Assembly: GCA_965238055.1 (NCBI GenBank)
Contig: OZ250178.1
Location: 2,924,791-2,988,790, forward strand
DNA from: Candidatus Foliamicus sp.
GTDB lineage: Bacteria > Pseudomonadota > Gammaproteobacteria > Steroidobacterales > Foliamicaceae
Direction: 5' to 3'
DNA: 64,000 nt
Positions within the stretch are counted from its first letter, which is position 1, and each line of letters starts with the position of its first letter. Positions 20,375 through 30,524 of this stretch are shown here, in pieces. A program made the position numbers and the translations under genes. A model generated the notes under the pieces. That model ran no database searches and was not told where the DNA came from. It worked only from the letters and a program-made list of their open reading frames with translations.

Positions 20375-20916
20375 CCTCGAGCACGCGACGCATTCCATGG
20401 CTGCTACTGCTGCCGTGCGCAGTGCTGCTCGGCCTGGTGCTGCTCTTCGGGGTCAGTCTGGGCCGTGATCCCACCCTCGTGCCTTCACCGCTCATCGGCA
20501 AGGCGGCGCCTGGGTTCTCGCTTCCGCGGCTGCTCCAGGACAGCGCCACCATGTCGCTGGCGGACGTTGAGGAAGGGCCGTGGGTGCTGAATGTCTGGGC
20601 AAGCTGGTGCCAGGGTTGCGTGGTCGAGCATGAGTTCCTGCTGGGGCTGGGCCGCGCCGGCGTGCCGCTCTACGGCCTCAACTGGAAAGATGCGCCCGCC
20701 GACGCCCGGCGCTGGCTTTCCTTGCGCGGCAATCCCTACAGGGCCATCGCCGTAGACGAAGACGGCCGCGCGGGGATCGACTGGGGCGTGTATGGTGCGC
20801 CGGAGACCTTCCTGATCGATGCCGAGGGCGTTGTTCGTTACCGGCACGTAGGCCCGCTTGGCGGCCGGGTGTTCGCGGAAGTGTTTGTGCCCGTGCTCAC
20901 CGGCAGCGCGCAATGA
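20371..20916 (+). CDS. ccmG: Thiol:disulfide interchange protein CcmG/DsbE
   Basis: WASWCQGC, GVYGAPETF; TTG start overlaps the ccmF stop. Confidence 0.92.
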   Translation: MTSSTRRIPWLLLLPCAVLLGLVLLFGVSLGRDPTLVPSPLIGKAAPGFSLPRLLQDSATMSLADVEEGPWVLNVWASWCQGCVVEHEFLLGLGRAGVPLYGLNWKDAPADARRWLSLRGNPYRAIAVDEDGRAGIDWGVYGAPETFLIDAEGVVRYRHVGPLGGRVFAEVFVPVLTGSAQ

Positions 20917-21320
20917 AAAAGCTGGCGGCCGTTGTCCTGGCGCTTTGCGCCTTCAACGTGTTCGCGGTGGACACCCTGCCGCCGCTTAAGACTGCCGATC
21001 AGCAGAGTCTGTATAAGAAGCTCCTGGAAGAAGTGCGTTGCATGGTCTGCCAGAATCAGAACCTGGCGGATTCCGATGCGCCCCTGGCCCGCGACATGCG
21101 CCGCGAACTTCGCCGCATGGTGGAAGAAGGTGCGACCGAGACTGACGTCAAGCAGTTTCTGCTGGACCGGTACGGCGATTTCGCCCTGTACCGTCCCAGG
21201 CTCGCGCCCAACACGCTGCTGCTTTGGGCTGGTCCCGGTGTGGTTCTATTCGTGGCCCTGAGTGTGCTGGTGCTGGTGATTCGCCGCCGCATGAGCTTGC
21301 CGATACCCGACGACGAATGA
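20913..21320 (+). CDS. ccmH: Cytochrome c biogenesis protein CcmH
   Basis: RCMVCQNQ, RYGDF. Confidence 0.93.
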   Translation: MKKLAAVVLALCAFNVFAVDTLPPLKTADQQSLYKKLLEEVRCMVCQNQNLADSDAPLARDMRRELRRMVEEGATETDVKQFLLDRYGDFALYRPRLAPNTLLLWAGPGVVLFVALSVLVLVIRRRMSLPIPDDE

Positions 21321-22333
21321 GCGCCTGGGGCGGATTCCTGGTAATAGCCATCCTGCTCGCGTTGGCCGCTTTGGCCTGCGTGGCCGTTCCCCTGTGGCGT
21401 GATCGCGAGAGGCCCACCAGTACTGCTGCATTGACCGCGTCCAGTCTGTTGATCCCGGCACTTGCGGTTTTCGTGTATCTGCAGTCCAGCAATCATGAGT
21501 GGGCGCACGCAGGTCTGGATGCCGGCGGGGCTGGACCGGCGCCTTCGGTAGACGAGCTAATCGAGCCGCTGCGCGCGCGCCTTGAGCAGTCCCCCGAGGA
21601 TCCGCGCGGGTGGATGCTGCTGGGCGCAGCCTACTCTCAGGTCGGGCGCTATCCTGAAGCGGTCGGCGCCTATGATCGCGTGCTGGCACTGACCGGTGGG
21701 GCGGACATCTCGGCGCTGATGGGTAAGGCCGAAGCACTGATCCTGGACAACCCGGAGACATTGCTGCAAGAAGCCGGAGAAATGGTGGAACAGGTGCTGC
21801 TGGCGGACCCGGCCAACCCCAGGGGCCTTTGGTACGGCGGCTTGAGGGCCAGCGCAAGCGGCGAGGAAATCGTCGCCGTACGGCGCTGGAGAGCCATGCT
21901 GGAGGGACCGGTCACTCCCGAAGTGCGAGCCATCGTTGAACAGGAACTGGCACGGCTTGGCGTTTCGGTTTCGGCGGGAGCGAGCACGGCTACAGTGGGT
22001 TCGGTCGAACTGCGCTTGCGCCTCGGCCAACCGGCATCGCCACCTGCGGGGGCTGTGCTATTCATCGTGGCGCGCATTCCAGGTCAGGCGGGACCGCCGC
22101 TGGCCGCCAAGCGCGTGGACAGCGCGCGCTTTCCTCTGGAAGTTCGACTCAGTGATGCCGACGCCATGCTTCCGGGGGCCAGGATTTCCGATCAATCCGG
22201 ACTGGACATTACCGCCCGCCTGTCGGCCAGCGGGCAAACCACGCGCGGGGCCGGCGACTACGAGGCACAAGGACTCTGGCAGGCCGGGCAGGGGGGCATG
22301 GAACTCGAGCTCAAGCCTGTAACGCAGCCATAG
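21317..22333 (+). CDS. ccmI: CcmI/CycH-like TPR protein
   Basis: Two TM helices, TPR-like GWMLLG, C-terminal GPPLAAKR..FPL..LSD. Confidence 0.82.
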   Translation: MSAWGGFLVIAILLALAALACVAVPLWRDRERPTSTAALTASSLLIPALAVFVYLQSSNHEWAHAGLDAGGAGPAPSVDELIEPLRARLEQSPEDPRGWMLLGAAYSQVGRYPEAVGAYDRVLALTGGADISALMGKAEALILDNPETLLQEAGEMVEQVLLADPANPRGLWYGGLRASASGEEIVAVRRWRAMLEGPVTPEVRAIVEQELARLGVSVSAGASTATVGSVELRLRLGQPASPPAGAVLFIVARIPGQAGPPLAAKRVDSARFPLEVRLSDADAMLPGARISDQSGLDITARLSASGQTTRGAGDYEAQGLWQAGQGGMELELKPVTQP

Positions 22334-22358
22334 AGGCGCGGCGGGACAATAATGCAAT

Positions 22359-24053
22359 GTGACTGACCCGAAGCTCCGGTTACTCATTGTCGGCGGATAC
22401 GGTACGTTCGGCGGCCGCCTTGCCGAATTGCTGTGCCGCGAGCCCGCCATCTCACTGTTTATCGCCGGCCGCTCTCAATCGAGGGCAGAGGCCTTTTGCG
22501 AGAAGCTGCCCCAGGGGGCGGATCGTGAACCGGTCGTGTTGGATCGCGAAGGCGATGTGGCGGGAAATCTTCGGAAGATCGCCCCGGACCTGGTCGTGGA
22601 CGCGTCCGGCCCCTTTCAGACATACGGGAATGATCCCTATTCGTTGATCAAGGCTGCACTGGCGACCCGAACCAATTACGTGGACCTGGCCGACAGCCCG
22701 GAATTCGTTCGGGGCGTTGCGCAATTTGACTCGGCGGCGCGTTCTGAAGAACTGTTTGTTCTTTCCGGCGCCAGCAGCTTTCCAGCGCTCACCGCCGCCA
22801 TGGTTCGCGATCTTGCCGGTAATATGCGCGAGATCGAGTCGATTGTGGGAGGCGTGGCGCCTTCTCCCTACGCAGGCGTGGGATACAACGTGATCCGCGC
22901 CATTGCGGGCTACGCCGGCAAACCCATCAGCGTTCGGCGTGGCGGCCGTCAAGAGGTTGCCCGCGGCCTGACGGAATCAATCCGTTACACGATTGCGCCA
23001 CCGGGCGCGATTCCTCTGTTTCCCCGCAGGTTTTCGCTGGTGAATGTTCCCGATCTCAAGCTCCTGACCGATGAGTGGCCCGAAGTGCGATCGGTCTGGA
23101 TGGGCGCGTCTCCGCAACCTGCCTTGCTGCATTGCTTGCTGCGCTGGTTTGCGAGAGCAGTTTCTCTCGGCCTCATCCCTTCCTTGACGCCGCTCGCCCG
23201 GCTCATGCATCAGGCGGCCAACACGATTCGCTGGGGCGAACATCGAGGCGGCTTGTTCGTGGAAATCACCGGTGTCGGTGCTGGCGGAGAGAGAGTCCGG
23301 CGTTCCGGACACCTGCTGGCGGAAGGATCCCACGGCATGTACATCCCCTCGATGGCGGTCGAGGCCATAGTTCGCAACTGGCTGGGCGGGCGCCCGCCCA
23401 GGCCCGGCGCCCGCTCGGCTTCCGCAGACCTTGGGTTGGATGACTACAAGCGTGTTTTCTCGGGCCGAGCCATTGTCCTGGGCAGGCGCAGCCCAAAAAC
23501 AGCGGCAGGAGAGTGCTTGCATGCGCAAGTGCTGGGGGAAGCCTTCAACGCGCTGCCGCCGGCGCTCAGGGCCGTGCATGGCGCGGGCCCACACCTGAAA
23601 CTGAGCGGCGAAGCATCTATCACGCGGGGCAGGGGAGTCATCGCACGTTTGCTTGCCTATCTCCTGCGCTTCCCCCCAGCAGCTGGCAAGGTTCCGGTGT
23701 CCGTAACTTTCGAACGCCACGGAAGTTCCGACAGGTGGACCCGGAACTTCGGAGGACAGGTATTTTCCAGCACGTTCACCGCCGGTACTGGTCGCTACGA
23801 GCACCTGCTTTGCGAGCGTTTTGGCCCCATCCTTCTAGGCATGGCCCTGGTGCCGGAGAGAAATCGGTTGAACCTTGTGATGCGTAGATGGGGCTTCTTG
23901 GGCGTTCCGCTGCCACGATTCCTGGCTCCCGGCGGCGACTTATTCGAGTATGAAGAAAACAGCCGATTCTGTTTCGACGTTGAAATCCGCCTTCCATTGG
24001 CGGGTCTTGTGATCCGTTATAAGGGCTTTCTTAACCGAACAAATACCGGCTAA
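22359..24053 (+). CDS. Saccharopine dehydrogenase-like oxidoreductase fused to DUF4166
   Basis: GGYGTFG, DASGPFQ, YVDLAD; C-terminal W.RNFGG..F.S...ERFGP. Confidence 0.8.
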   Translation: MTDPKLRLLIVGGYGTFGGRLAELLCREPAISLFIAGRSQSRAEAFCEKLPQGADREPVVLDREGDVAGNLRKIAPDLVVDASGPFQTYGNDPYSLIKAALATRTNYVDLADSPEFVRGVAQFDSAARSEELFVLSGASSFPALTAAMVRDLAGNMREIESIVGGVAPSPYAGVGYNVIRAIAGYAGKPISVRRGGRQEVARGLTESIRYTIAPPGAIPLFPRRFSLVNVPDLKLLTDEWPEVRSVWMGASPQPALLHCLLRWFARAVSLGLIPSLTPLARLMHQAANTIRWGEHRGGLFVEITGVGAGGERVRRSGHLLAEGSHGMYIPSMAVEAIVRNWLGGRPPRPGARSASADLGLDDYKRVFSGRAIVLGRRSPKTAAGECLHAQVLGEAFNALPPALRAVHGAGPHLKLSGEASITRGRGVIARLLAYLLRFPPAAGKVPVSVTFERHGSSDRWTRNFGGQVFSSTFTAGTGRYEHLLCERFGPILLGMALVPERNRLNLVMRRWGFLGVPLPRFLAPGGDLFEYEENSRFCFDVEIRLPLAGLVIRYKGFLNRTNTG

Positions 24054-24117
24054 GCCGCTGTGTCCAGTCGACTCAATTACGCCGGCAATTTCTGTCCTGC
24101 AGTCCAGGGAAAGTGAA

Positions 24118-24411
24118 TCAGGCTGAACTCGGTTTGATCGTGGCTCTCAGCCAGTCAGGCAACTGCTCAATCTTCCTCATCCCATCGGGTTTCTTTGTCA
24201 GTTTGAATGTTACGGCCTGACCCTCAGCCATTCGCACCAAGGTTCCTGCTGTGTTTTCCGATACCTCGCCTTTACGCCAAGCCTCAAAGAGGATCTCTGC
24301 GGGTCGAATGCCAAGGCACAGCAGATAGTCGTAGTTCCTGTTTGATCGTGGTGTATGTTCTCGAATTACTCGAAGCATCAGATCAACGGGCTTCACTACG
24401 GTGGAGTCCAA
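24118..24411 (-). CDS. Short hypothetical protein, possibly an internally deleted restriction endonuclease
   Basis: Coupled to the MTase stop; at most 97 aa; no PD-(D/E)xK motif visible. Confidence 0.4.
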   Translation of the reverse strand: MDSTVVKPVDLMLRVIREHTPRSNRNYDYLLCLGIRPAEILFEAWRKGEVSENTAGTLVRMAEGQAVTFKLTKKPDGMRKIEQLPDWLRATIKPSSA

Positions 24412-25112
24412 ATTGAGCCGGTGCTGCCTTTCTTCCAGAAAATGAGGAAGTAAGAGTGATTCTTACGCGCGTGAACTTGCTTGGCCGCACGGCTGATGCC
24501 CGGGCGATTATTACGCATTACGACAAACAAATCTTCGGCAACAAACCCCAGATTCTCGTACTCCTGGATGATTTCGAGATGCGTGAATCGCTGCCGGTTT
24601 GAACAAACTTCGTCTTGACACTTGACAATCAGTACTCCCCTATCGCGCAGAACACGGCAGGCTTCTACACCGGTATCGGCATACAACTCCAATACAGCTT
24701 CGTGATATTTGCTCTTTGTCTTGTTACCGGTCAGGTTATTGCGGTAATAGTTCTCGAATGGTTTGTGGCTGGAATGCGCAGTGCCCCCCGGTGTATGCAT
24801 GTAAGGAGGATCAAAAACTACGCAGTCCAACTCGCCGTCCTGATAGGGCAAATCACGGCAGTCGATTCCGTCTGTGAGGTCACTCGACCTAAGACGAAAC
24901 TTGCCGGGGGCCACATTGCGCCAGAAAACGCCTTTTCCGTAAGTAATATCTGCGACGAGGCTTTCGGGCGCTACATACAAGTCCAGTATTTTCGGGAATA
25001 CATGCTCGTTGGCCGATTGGTACGCGCTGAGAACAAGATCATTGGTTGGTGAGCCGCGCCGCACAATCCTCTTCTTGCGCTTTGTTTGGTGCTGTTCTAC
25101 AAACAAATCCAT
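24396..25112 (-). CDS. Small amino-DNA methyltransferase
   Basis: DITYGKGVFW (SAM motif), VFDPPY, GVLIVKCQD. Confidence 0.8.
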   Translation of the reverse strand: MDLFVEQHQTKRKKRIVRRGSPTNDLVLSAYQSANEHVFPKILDLYVAPESLVADITYGKGVFWRNVAPGKFRLRSSDLTDGIDCRDLPYQDGELDCVVFDPPYMHTPGGTAHSSHKPFENYYRNNLTGNKTKSKYHEAVLELYADTGVEACRVLRDRGVLIVKCQDEVCSNRQRFTHLEIIQEYENLGFVAEDLFVVMRNNRPGISRAAKQVHARKNHSYFLIFWKKGSTGSIWTPP

Positions 25113-25272
25113 GGCTCTTCACCTCCCTGTGAAGCGTAGTATCGCCAAGTTTGCCGAGCGGTTATTTTGCCCGAATCTTGCCGCCAGTCTGAGGCTGGGC
25201 TCGGCAAAGCGTATTCTGGGTAGCGTTCATTGCCTCAATGCGTTTGTGGAGTTCGCACCGCCAGCGCGAAAC

Positions 25273-26127
25273 TCAGGTCTGAGCCGTTACAACCCTCCTG
25301 GCAGGCAGACGGAGATCACGCACCAGGTGAAGTTGCTTCATCAGCAACAGGCCCAGCCAGGTGATGTCGAGCTGCCACCAGCGCAGACCGTGGCGCGCAG
25401 AATAGGCCCAGCGGTGGTGATTGTTATGCCAGCCTTCGCCCAGTGTCAGCAAGGCAACAAGGAAATTGTTCCGGCTTCCGTCGCCAGCGGCGTTGGGGCG
25501 CGTTCCCCAAAGGTGGCAGACCGAGTTCACCATGAAAGTGGCATGCCAAAGCGCCACGGTGCTGATGAAGAAGCCCCAAACGAGGATCTGCAGGCCGCTG
25601 GTCCCCAGTTCCGGGTTTAGCCAATTCAACAATGCGCCCAGGCCAAATAGCATCAGGGCCTGCCCAAGGATCAGAAAGATGTAGCCCTTCTGCAAAATCT
25701 TGATCTCAGGGTAACGGTGCAGGTCCTTCACGTTGGCGTAGTTGCCCCCAAAGCAAACGGCATCCCACATCCAACCCATATGCGCATACCAGAAACCGCG
25801 TTGCACGGGCGAGTGCACGTCGCCATCACGCTCGGAATAGCGATGGTGGCGCCGGTGATGGGACGCCCACCAAAGGGGTCCGCCCTGGGTTGCGCAGCTA
25901 CCCAGCAGGGTCAGCATGAAGCGGACGGGACGCGAGGCCTGGTAGGAGGAATGGGCCAGCAGCCGGTGAAAACCCGCCGTCACGCCGAATGCTCTCAGAA
26001 AGTAAAGCACGCCGGCAACAATTGCCGCGGTCTTGCTGACTCCCGTATAGATGGCCCCGAAGCAAGCAAGGTGGAAGCCGATCATTCCTACGATGACGCC
26101 TCGAGCCTTGTTTTGCGCCTTTTGCAT
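25273..26127 (-). CDS. Acyl-CoA (delta-9-type) desaturase
   Basis: His boxes HRLLAH, HRRHH, WHNNHH. Confidence 0.92.
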   Translation of the reverse strand: MQKAQNKARGVIVGMIGFHLACFGAIYTGVSKTAAIVAGVLYFLRAFGVTAGFHRLLAHSSYQASRPVRFMLTLLGSCATQGGPLWWASHHRRHHRYSERDGDVHSPVQRGFWYAHMGWMWDAVCFGGNYANVKDLHRYPEIKILQKGYIFLILGQALMLFGLGALLNWLNPELGTSGLQILVWGFFISTVALWHATFMVNSVCHLWGTRPNAAGDGSRNNFLVALLTLGEGWHNNHHRWAYSARHGLRWWQLDITWLGLLLMKQLHLVRDLRLPARRVVTAQT

Positions 26128-26207
26128 CGCAATCCTCTGTTGGTGTTCCCCAATCCCCCGCTGCCGGTGTGTGAATCCGGCATGCGTAAGAACTACGAAT
26201 TATAGCC

Positions 26208-27566
26208 GTGGACATCCACATAACTCCGCGCCTTAAGGTCGCCGTCGTGGGTGCGGGTGTATCCGGTATTACCGCTGCCAGGGAGCTGGATGAAGAGCAT
26301 GACGTGACCTTGTTCGAGGCGCGTGCCGAGGCGGGGGGCCACACCCGCACGTATCCGTTCGAACGTTTTGGTCGTGAGTATCGGGCGGACCTGGGATTCA
26401 TGGTCTTCAATCAAGCCAACTATCCGCATTTCTCGCGCATGCTGGCCGAATTGAGTATTCCTACTCGCGATACGCAGATGAGTTTCAGCCTGCGCTGCGA
26501 TCGTAGCGGCCTTGAATACCACGGCAGCACGACGAACCAGCTCTTTTCGCAGCGGCGCAATCTGTTCCGCCCCAGGCATTACCGCATGCTTCGCGAAATC
26601 CTCCGGTTCAATCGCGACGCCAGGACGGCCCTGGCGGAACGTGAAGACGAGCTTGCCGCAACCAGCGTGGCGGAATTCCTGGCTGAAGGCCGTTACGCCC
26701 CTGAATTTGCCGATGATTACCTGTTGCCGATGACGGCGGCAATCTGGTCCTCATCCGTGCAGGCCATAGAGAGTTTTCCCAGCCTGTACCTGTTGCGCTT
26801 CATGGCGAATCACATGTTGCTTGGCGCCAAGGAGCATCGCCAATGGAGCATGATTCCCGGAGGGTCCGATCAGTACGTGAACGCGGCGCTGGGGCGGATG
26901 CGTGGCCGGGTGCGCGTCAACGCTCCGGTGCGCGCCGTGGCCAGCGATGGCGCCAGCGTTCGCATCGAAACCGATCGGGGGTTTGAGCTGTTCGATGCCC
27001 TGGTATTGGCTGTCCACAGCGATCAGGCACTTTGTATGCTGGAGGACCCCACACCCCTGGAACGGCAGGTTTTGAGCGCGATCCCTTATCAGCGCAACAA
27101 GGCGGTAGTGCACACCGATCGGCGCGTACTGCCCAAACGCCCCCTGGCCTGGGCATCCTGGAACTACTATCGGGATGCAAACAGCGGCCGGCAGGCTTCC
27201 GTCAGTTACAACCTCAACATCCTGCAGCACCTCGAGTCGCCTGAGCCCATTTGCGTGACGCTTAACCCGCTGCGTGCGATTCGCGACGAGAAGATCATCA
27301 CTACACTCCGCTTCGCCCATCCACTATTCAGCGCAGACGCATTTGCTGCCCAGGCGAGGGTGGACGACATGAACGGAGCAGGAAACCGCTTCTTTTGCGG
27401 GGCGTGGACCGGATGGGGATTTCATGAAGACGGGGTGGTCAGCGGTCTGAAGGCGGCGGGCAGCCTGCGTGAATGGGCGGCCGGCAGGAAATTTCAGGCA
27501 AAATTCGCATATGCAAAGCGCAATCTACGAGGGTTTGGTCAGGCATATCCGGCATCAACCGGCTAG
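26208..27566 (+). CDS. FAD-dependent oxidoreductase (COG2907-like, UfaD-like)
   Basis: GAGVSG, GGHTRT, DLGFMVFN..NYP, AWASWNY, GFHEDG. Confidence 0.88.
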   Translation: MDIHITPRLKVAVVGAGVSGITAARELDEEHDVTLFEARAEAGGHTRTYPFERFGREYRADLGFMVFNQANYPHFSRMLAELSIPTRDTQMSFSLRCDRSGLEYHGSTTNQLFSQRRNLFRPRHYRMLREILRFNRDARTALAEREDELAATSVAEFLAEGRYAPEFADDYLLPMTAAIWSSSVQAIESFPSLYLLRFMANHMLLGAKEHRQWSMIPGGSDQYVNAALGRMRGRVRVNAPVRAVASDGASVRIETDRGFELFDALVLAVHSDQALCMLEDPTPLERQVLSAIPYQRNKAVVHTDRRVLPKRPLAWASWNYYRDANSGRQASVSYNLNILQHLESPEPICVTLNPLRAIRDEKIITTLRFAHPLFSADAFAAQARVDDMNGAGNRFFCGAWTGWGFHEDGVVSGLKAAGSLREWAAGRKFQAKFAYAKRNLRGFGQAYPASTG

Positions 27567-28260
27567 GCACGCGTTCCAGTATCGTCTGTTCATGGCCTAC
27601 GTGGACCTGGACGAACTGGATCAGGTCTTTGCCGATAGATGGTTGTGGTCTGTGCGCCGTCCGGCTCCCGCGCGTTTTCTGCCACGCGATCATCTCGATG
27701 GGAACTGTGGCAATCTTGCCGAAGGTGTGCGCGCCCTGATCCGCGAGCGCAGTGGTTTGCGGCTCAATGGTCCGGTAAGACTGCTGACGCACTTGCGTTA
27801 TTTCGGCTATATTTTCAACCCGATCTCGGTGTACTACTGCTTTGAGGAAGGAGACCCCAGGCCACGTTGCTACGTATTGGAAGTGAGCAACACACCCTGG
27901 AAGGAACGGGTCTGTTACGTATTGCCTGCAATCGATGCGAATCCTAGGAGTAAAGGAGAAGTATTTGAATTCAATAAGGAAATGCATGTTTCACCTTTTA
28001 TTCCCATGGACATGCAATATCGTTGCTGGGTCAGCGAGCCTGGTGAGCATTTGTCGATGAGCATTGACGTGCGGCGCGACGAAACAACCACATTGCAGAC
28101 CAGCCTGGCATTGTCCAGGCGCCCGGTCACCGGCGGGGTGCTTGCCCGAAGCCTGTTGCGTTTCCCCTTGATGACCGCCAACGTCGCATTTCGCATTCAC
28201 TTGAACGCGCTACGCCTATGGCTGAAGGGCGTAAAACCACTGGCGCACCTCGGATCGTGA
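27511..28260 (+). CDS. DUF1365 protein (UfaO-like)
   Basis: FNPISVYYC, EVSNTPW, KEMHVSPF. Confidence 0.88.
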   Translation: MQSAIYEGLVRHIRHQPARHAFQYRLFMAYVDLDELDQVFADRWLWSVRRPAPARFLPRDHLDGNCGNLAEGVRALIRERSGLRLNGPVRLLTHLRYFGYIFNPISVYYCFEEGDPRPRCYVLEVSNTPWKERVCYVLPAIDANPRSKGEVFEFNKEMHVSPFIPMDMQYRCWVSEPGEHLSMSIDVRRDETTTLQTSLALSRRPVTGGVLARSLLRFPLMTANVAFRIHLNALRLWLKGVKPLAHLGS

Positions 28261-29480
28261 ATTCACAGAACAAGCATCCGCTATCGCGATCGATGTGGCG
28301 GGACCCCGTGCAGAAGCGTCTGGACAATTTGCGCAACGGCCGGCTGGAGGTTATTGAGGATGGTGAGACTCGCTTTCTCGGAGGGCAGGGCGAATCAGAA
28401 TCACTGCCGTGGGCCACAATCGAGGTTCTGGACAGCGCTTGCTGGCAGGCGATTGCAACGGGCGGTGCGCTGGGAGCTGCAGAGTCGTTCATGAGGGGCG
28501 AGTGGCGTTCGCCCGACCTTGCCGGGTTATTGCGGTTGGTGTTGCGCAACGAGTCCGTGCTTGCGGGCATGGAGGAGCCCTTTTCCTTGTTCAGCGCGCT
28601 GCCGCGCTGGATCGGACATCTTCTTCGCCGCAACACCCGCTCTGGAGCGCGGCGAAACATTGCGGCGCATTATGATGTGGGGAACGACTTCTTTCAGCTG
28701 TTTCTTGACCCAACGATGTTGTATTCCTGCGCCTTTTTCCCATCCGAAGAGAGCAGCCTTGAAGAAGCATCGATTGCCAAATTGGACCGGCTTTGCGCTA
28801 AGTTGAAGCTTCGGCCGGGATTGCGGGTACTGGAAATCGGAAGCGGGTGGGGCGCCTGCGCCATTCATATCGCCCGAAAACACGGTTGCGAGGTGCTGAG
28901 CGTCACGATTTCCGAGCAACAGCACGCTGAGGCCACGCGACGGGTCAAGGCCGCGGGCCTGGAGGACCTTGTCGAGATCCGGATGCAGGATTACCGGGAC
29001 ATCCGCGGGCAGTACGACCGGCTGATATCGATTGAAATGATCGAAGCGGTGGGCGCTCAGTATTTGGACCTGTTCTTCAAACGCTGCAGCGAGCTCCTGG
29101 CGTCTGACGGAATGATGGCGCTTCAGGCCATCACCATCGCCGATCAGGCTTACCGGGGCGCGTTGAAAAGGGTGGATTTCATCAAGAGCTATATCTTCCC
29201 GGGAGGTTTTCTGCCGTCAGTCGAAGCGATCATGGGCGCGGTGCGCAGGCGCACGGATTTTCGCCTGGTGCGCATGGACGACATCGGCAGTCATTACGTA
29301 CGCACCCTACGCCTTTGGGCAGACGCCTTGCACAGGAACTGGCGCGCGGCAGGAAAACTTGGTTATTCCAGTGAGTTTCTGCGCATGTACGAGTTCTACT
29401 TCCGATACTGCGAGGCCGGATTCGCGGAGCACACCATCGGCGATGCACAAATGCTGTTCGCCAAGCCCCAGGCAGGCTAG
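28257..29480 (+). CDS. cfa: Cyclopropane-fatty-acyl-phospholipid synthase family methyltransferase
   Basis: NIAAHYDVGN, LEIGSGWG, SIEMIEAVG, YIFPGG. Confidence 0.9.
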   Translation: MNSQNKHPLSRSMWRDPVQKRLDNLRNGRLEVIEDGETRFLGGQGESESLPWATIEVLDSACWQAIATGGALGAAESFMRGEWRSPDLAGLLRLVLRNESVLAGMEEPFSLFSALPRWIGHLLRRNTRSGARRNIAAHYDVGNDFFQLFLDPTMLYSCAFFPSEESSLEEASIAKLDRLCAKLKLRPGLRVLEIGSGWGACAIHIARKHGCEVLSVTISEQQHAEATRRVKAAGLEDLVEIRMQDYRDIRGQYDRLISIEMIEAVGAQYLDLFFKRCSELLASDGMMALQAITIADQAYRGALKRVDFIKSYIFPGGFLPSVEAIMGAVRRRTDFRLVRMDDIGSHYVRTLRLWADALHRNWRAAGKLGYSSEFLRMYEFYFRYCEAGFAEHTIGDAQMLFAKPQAG

Positions 29481-29483
29481 GGA

Positions 29484-29512
29484 CCTGGGAGTGAGGGCGT
29501 CTCGCCCTCGAC
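29484..29512. repeat. Single REP-like unit
   Basis: CCTGGGAGTGAGGGCGTCTCGCCCTCGAC. Confidence 0.7.
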
Positions 29513-29581
29513 TATGGAAAGCGCGTATTCATTCGCGCCGTGAAATGGGCATAATGTATATTATGTAAAGTTACACGCCTA

Positions 29582-29641
29582 ATGGATCTCCACACTCTGG
29601 TCATCTACGCGCATCTGGTGCTGTTCGTCTATTGGCTGGGG
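29582..29641 (+). pseudogene. 5' stub of a membrane protein gene
   Basis: MDLHTLVIYAHLVLFVYWLG, then abrupt loss of protein-like character. Confidence 0.35.
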
Positions 29642-29714
29642 CCGGTTGCGATGAGCTCGAGCCCTGCGGCTATCGGCGATCTAGTGCTGCGCTTCGCCAC
29701 CATGCCGAGGGGGC

Positions 29715-30524
29715 TTAGGGCCGAGATTCTTGTGCCTCGCGCAAGAGCTCAGCATCCTCCTCGTCCAACCCCTCCTCCATCCGCCGTTTACCTTCTGCGG
29801 GTGCCTCGCGGTAGTCTCTGAGCCAGCGCTGGGTCTCGTAGTACTCCTCCATGCCGGCCAGTCCTCGCTCGGCGACCAGGTCATGCACCTCCAACCACTG
29901 CGTCACCACGTCTTCTTCGGCATCTCGAAATTGCAGTTGCTCCGGCGTTGGCGACCGCAGAAGATCTCTGAGAGCTTCCCCAGCCCGTGGATGCCCCGAC
30001 ATGGACAACCCGAAGACCGCATACGTGCTCAGCAGCAGATCGTATTCCTCGTACGAGTCCCGATACGGGACGACGCCTATCACGTTGCGTTCTCTCCATA
30101 CCTTAGGTGTCAGTCCTTCGATTAGATAGTCTAGGGCGCGTTCACTCCCCGTGCGGTTAATCAGGTACCCTAAAGACCACATTGCTGAGCTGCGAGCGTT
30201 ATTTTGGGCGCGGGAGATCGACGGTGAGCCACCTTTCTCTATAAGGGTGATCAACACCCCAACCGTCCGCTCGTCGCCCACTACGCCGAGCAAGGACGCA
30301 GCACGCGACCAGTACTCCTCATCCGCGTCTGAGTTGAGCACCTCGATTAGGGCAGGTACGGCTGTGGAATCGAACAGGGTTGACAACTCTCTGTATGAAT
30401 ATCCGTGAATTGGTTGATATCGGATGTATTCACGGACGTCTGGTTGCTTCACTTGCTGGCTGGAAACGTTTGTTCCAAGAGCGAGTGTCAATGCAAGGAC
30501 CGTGAAGGCGGACTGCCAATTCAT
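29715..30524 (-). CDS. Secreted HEAT-repeat-like protein
   Basis: RBS AGGAG, signal peptide MNWQSAFTVLALTLALG, AVPALIEVL...RAASLLGVVGDERTVGVLI. Confidence 0.7.
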   Translation of the reverse strand: MNWQSAFTVLALTLALGTNVSSQQVKQPDVREYIRYQPIHGYSYRELSTLFDSTAVPALIEVLNSDADEEYWSRAASLLGVVGDERTVGVLITLIEKGGSPSISRAQNNARSSAMWSLGYLINRTGSERALDYLIEGLTPKVWRERNVIGVVPYRDSYEEYDLLLSTYAVFGLSMSGHPRAGEALRDLLRSPTPEQLQFRDAEEDVVTQWLEVHDLVAERGLAGMEEYYETQRWLRDYREAPAEGKRRMEEGLDEEDAELLREAQESRP

